A stretch of 63,909 bases of DNA, counting the filler, from Choristocarpus tenellus KU-1152 (taxonomy: Eukaryota; Protista; Phaeophyceae), in NCBI GenBank assembly GCA_964200185.2. It is 13 parts of 13 records of this genome, joined end to end, with 100 filler letters (N's around TTAATTAATTAA, not from the genome) between each part and the next. Parts side by side here need not be neighbours in the genome. Positions count along the whole stretch, not along the records: positions 61,398 to 63,909 come from CAXNAD020027185.1; 12 more parts are not named here. One strand, 5' to 3'. Positions within the stretch are counted from its first letter, which is position 1. Every line of letters starts with the position of its first letter. Of the stretch, positions 63,027 to 63,909 are shown piece after piece. The notes beneath the pieces are model-generated. The model did no database searches. It was not told where the DNA came from and worked only from the letters and a program-made list of their open reading frames with translations. Made by a program: the position numbers and the translations under genes.

Positions 63027-63909
63027 TGCACATGTGCACCATCCCATCTGGGTGGATCTACCAACCTATGTCATTTGCACATATCTGCTTTCTGTTGCTG
63101 GAACACTTCTGTAGTTGTGATCCCCCCCTCCCATGGCAATCTATCTCTACACGTGCACTGTACAAAACAGGTGGTGCGCAGAAAATAACACCATGGTGAC
63201 AGGCAGTGGGCGAGAGTTCATCATCTTGGCTGGGGATGGGGAGGTGAAGCCGGAGCAGGATGACAATGGTGAACAGAGGGAAGAAGGATATCAAACTCAA
63301 GAGGCGCAGAGTAGGGGAGAGCAAAATGTGGTGCTTGACGGGTCAGCAGTGGGAAAAGACTTGCCTCTTTGCCAGTGAGAGGAGGGATTTTTTTTTTTTA
63401 CAATGTTTTCTGCTTAGTAAGATATTTCGAAGTATGTCGGGGCATGGCTCTTGAACTCTAAAGTGAGATGATGGCAACAGATACCAGGTTGTCGTGGCAG
63501 CTGACACTCGATGTGTCTGTTGAAATGCACAAGTATGGCATGGTGAACAGAAGTTTTACAAGTCTTGCATCTGGGGGATTGGTGGATATCGGTATAATGG
63601 TACAAGATATACCATCAATATATACATACACCGATGATGAAACATATTCTATGTCTATGTTCCATACCATTATTTTTATTATTATGCCCTCTGACATTTT
63701 GCAGATGTGTCAGGGGGGAAACCAATGAAAAAAATATATATGCATGTCGTTGTTAGCCCTAAAGAAAATATCCTAAACATAAGAACACCATAAAAACATT
63801 GTAAGTGTGGACACCACTAATCAGTTACTTCACCACTACCAAATATTGTACTACTGTCGTCCTTGTCTTCCCATCTACCTACTCCCGTGCCCCGGGTGGG
63901 GGAGCTAAG

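Noticed and set aside
62690-63375. Candidate plus-strand exons (ending 62964; 63171-63374)
   Set aside because: Splice-like borders exist but there is no recognisable protein or confident frame
1-63909. Fanzor/TnpB, giant-virus core genes, rRNA, snRNA
   Set aside because: No RuvC or TnpB-type zinc-finger motifs, NCLDV hallmark genes or recognisable RNA-gene sequence seen by eye; a profile search could still reveal decayed copies

Overview
This is not one locus. It is 13 unrelated short contigs of an intron-rich eukaryotic draft genome joined by artificial 100-nt linkers (44 N + TTAATTAATTAA + 44 N). An ASAFAP-type plastid-targeting motif, TTAGGG telomere-type repeats and an axonemal dynein gene point to a photosynthetic stramenopile, probably a brown alga or relative (inference). 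Host genes reconstructed by hand: TMEM18, a tandem Stc1-like zinc-finger/RGG protein, a CENP-E-like kinesin, one GPI exon, two exons of a probable Ser/Thr kinase, Kish/TMEM167, PEX5, a plastid-targeted M41-peptidase-like (VIR3-like) protein and dynein intermediate chain 2. Every gene whose 5' end is visible sits in a head-to-head pair. The rest is mostly decayed mobile DNA: Copia, chromodomain Gypsy, CRE-like RLE non-LTR elements, a pogo-like transposase tail, and a very abundant ~258-bp MITE (10 copies) with related sister MITEs. I found no CRISPR array, intact RNA-guided nuclease, rRNA or intact tRNA, and no clear-cut new multi-gene system. The strongest leads are an apparent excess of GC-AG introns with weak donors (3-4 of about 31 donors), the MITE clan sharing terminal and subterminal motifs, a 54-bp hairpin tandem array upstream of a Copia gag, and a telomere-type repeat that begins at a splice donor.
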